DNA from: Phoronis australis
Lineage: Eukaryota > Animalia > Phoronida
Direction: 5' to 3'
NCBI GenBank assembly: GCA_002633005.1
Contig: NMRA01000168.1
Span: 3,129-67,128, forward strand
Length of the DNA: 64,000 bases
The stretch's first letter is position 1; each line of letters starts with the position of its first letter. The notes under the pieces were generated by a model. It searched no databases and was not told the origin of the DNA. It saw only the letters and a program-made list of their open reading frames with translations. Position numbers and translations under genes: made by a program. Below, in pieces: positions 62,425-64,000 of this stretch.

Positions 62425-64000
62425 ATGTTCTTTTTGCCAGCGCGAACATAAACAAAAACACTGAACTTTCTTGTGCAGTTAGAGGGCTGTCACGTGACAG
62501 ATTAGTAGATGTTTGTTAGAAATCTTAAAATGGGACCACCATTGGAAATAGGGTGAAGAAAGTAGCTTTCCCAAGAAATTTTCATTATAAGAAATATTTG
62601 GAGCAACGCGCTCACAGGATTTTTAGAGGCTCCAATACCGTCCATAAACGTTTACGTTTCGGGTGATGCGAACCAGATTTGGAAAATTTGTATTGTGGGC
62701 CCCTCCATTTTCAGTATGTGGAGAAGCAAAGATACGGTTCTCCACTGAGTAAGTGATCAAAGAACTGTAGGTGTCACAGTACTGTTTAAAGCATTTAAGA
62801 GGCATTATCTGAGAAAACCTTCAGAGGTCGGCGGAGGCAAGTTAAAATGCATGGATTTTGACAATGGGTTTTATTAAGGATATCAAACAATAAAATAAAA
62901 GTTATTTTAAAAATCCAAAAAATGTTTTTGTATGGATTACTGCACATCCAATATTCCCATGTATTCCAATAGGGAAATGGGTAGTAAGTGTAGAATTTCA
63001 AAAGGCTTTTATTAGAAAGTGGTTCTTAACTATTTAAAGTGAGATATTTTCTTCTACCAAACTAAGGTGAAATAAAAATATTCCATCGTCAAATTTGTGG
63101 CAGTTCCTGTGAAATGCCGCCTAATACGCAGAATTTTGGGCAATTCTATGAAGCTCTCCAGCATTGGAGGTAAAATTGAACAGTTTACCAAAACAGGAAA
63201 AGTCGATAGCGTCTGTTTGTACAGCGATTTCCTTCGAAATTTGGCTCTTATTTATGTACGGATAAATGGTATTTATTTAATAATTAGTAGAACAATGTTT
63301 ATTTGTTGTTTTTTCTTCGCGTAGAATCGGTTGCTGTTATTACAATACCACTAAGCAGTGTTTAGTGATCATTAGCAGGCCCCGCCAGACTCGATTTCCT
63401 AGTCAATCGACGAAAGTTGCGATTGTGTTTGAAATTCTTGCTACATGTAGTTTGATAACGTATTAAGCAATTTCTAGTATTCACTCCTTCAACTGGCTAT
63501 TATTTCAAGAACTGGGTCGTGTACGGTGATTCCCTCATAAGTCGACGTAACTTAGGCTTAACAAAAGCTAGCCTTGGCACAAAGCCAGCTGGCTAGGCTG
63601 GCTAACCAAAGCCAACGATTCAGTCAAGGTGACGTTTTGATATACGCCTTTTGGATAATGGAGTGGAATTTTTGACAATAATCAGTACAAAATTGGCAAA
63701 AGAATAAAATTGCTAAAGAGGAGGGGGGGCATATTTTTGCAAATTAGATTTGTTGCCTCAACGTGAGCAAAATACAAATATTTCTTTACAAAATACCCAA
63801 ATATCAAGGAATTTGTATCACAACTACACACTTCAGTGCAAGTTGTCGAATGTAGAATATTCACTTTCAGTTACACAAGTTATGAAATCTTCAGACAGTT
63901 TTGAAAAAGCCGCCGACTTTGAAAAAGTGTTCTGTAAACAATTAAATCATTGTATACCATATATGCATAACCCCCAAAAATCGCACCAGAGTTTATTCTT

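Larger units (their letters stand above)
55443..62557 (+). repeat. Segmental duplicate of ~2277-4170 (upstream region, exon 1, start of intron 1), interrupted by a Gypsy element
   Basis: Colinear from ctacgctgagaact (2278 vs 55444) to aacggacatgtt (4011-4040 vs ~57645), resuming after the LTR with aacataaacaaaaac...ccattggaaatagggt. Confidence 0.9.

Overview
Eukaryotic, AT-rich, repeat-dense animal DNA, most likely a marine invertebrate (inferred from the TE mix), with seven single-N scaffold joins. Most ORF-track entries are spurious or TE fragments. Reading splice sites by hand gives a complete 8-exon + strand gene (CDS 3242-38999, 1083 nt, 360 aa). It encodes a secreted protein: signal peptide, C-type lectin domain 1 (DPN/WES), C-type lectin domain 2 (EPN/WND) and a Cys-rich PAN/Apple-like tail. 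Its last two exons and polyA signal are tandemly duplicated (40304-48544). The duplicate is intact and in phase, but its sugar-specificity motif is QPS instead of EPN, so this is a candidate splice-switchable lectin. A paralogous gene starts at 56529. Introns and intergenic space hold nested TEs: a DIRS/Ngaro remnant, an Academ-like element, a full-length RNase H-bearing LINE whose 5' end folds into an HDV-like ribozyme, THAP-bearing DNA transposons (one Kolobok-like), a Penelope fragment with a hammerhead motif, two Ty3/Gypsy elements, a SINE and many MITEs. All calls are by eye; no database searches were run.
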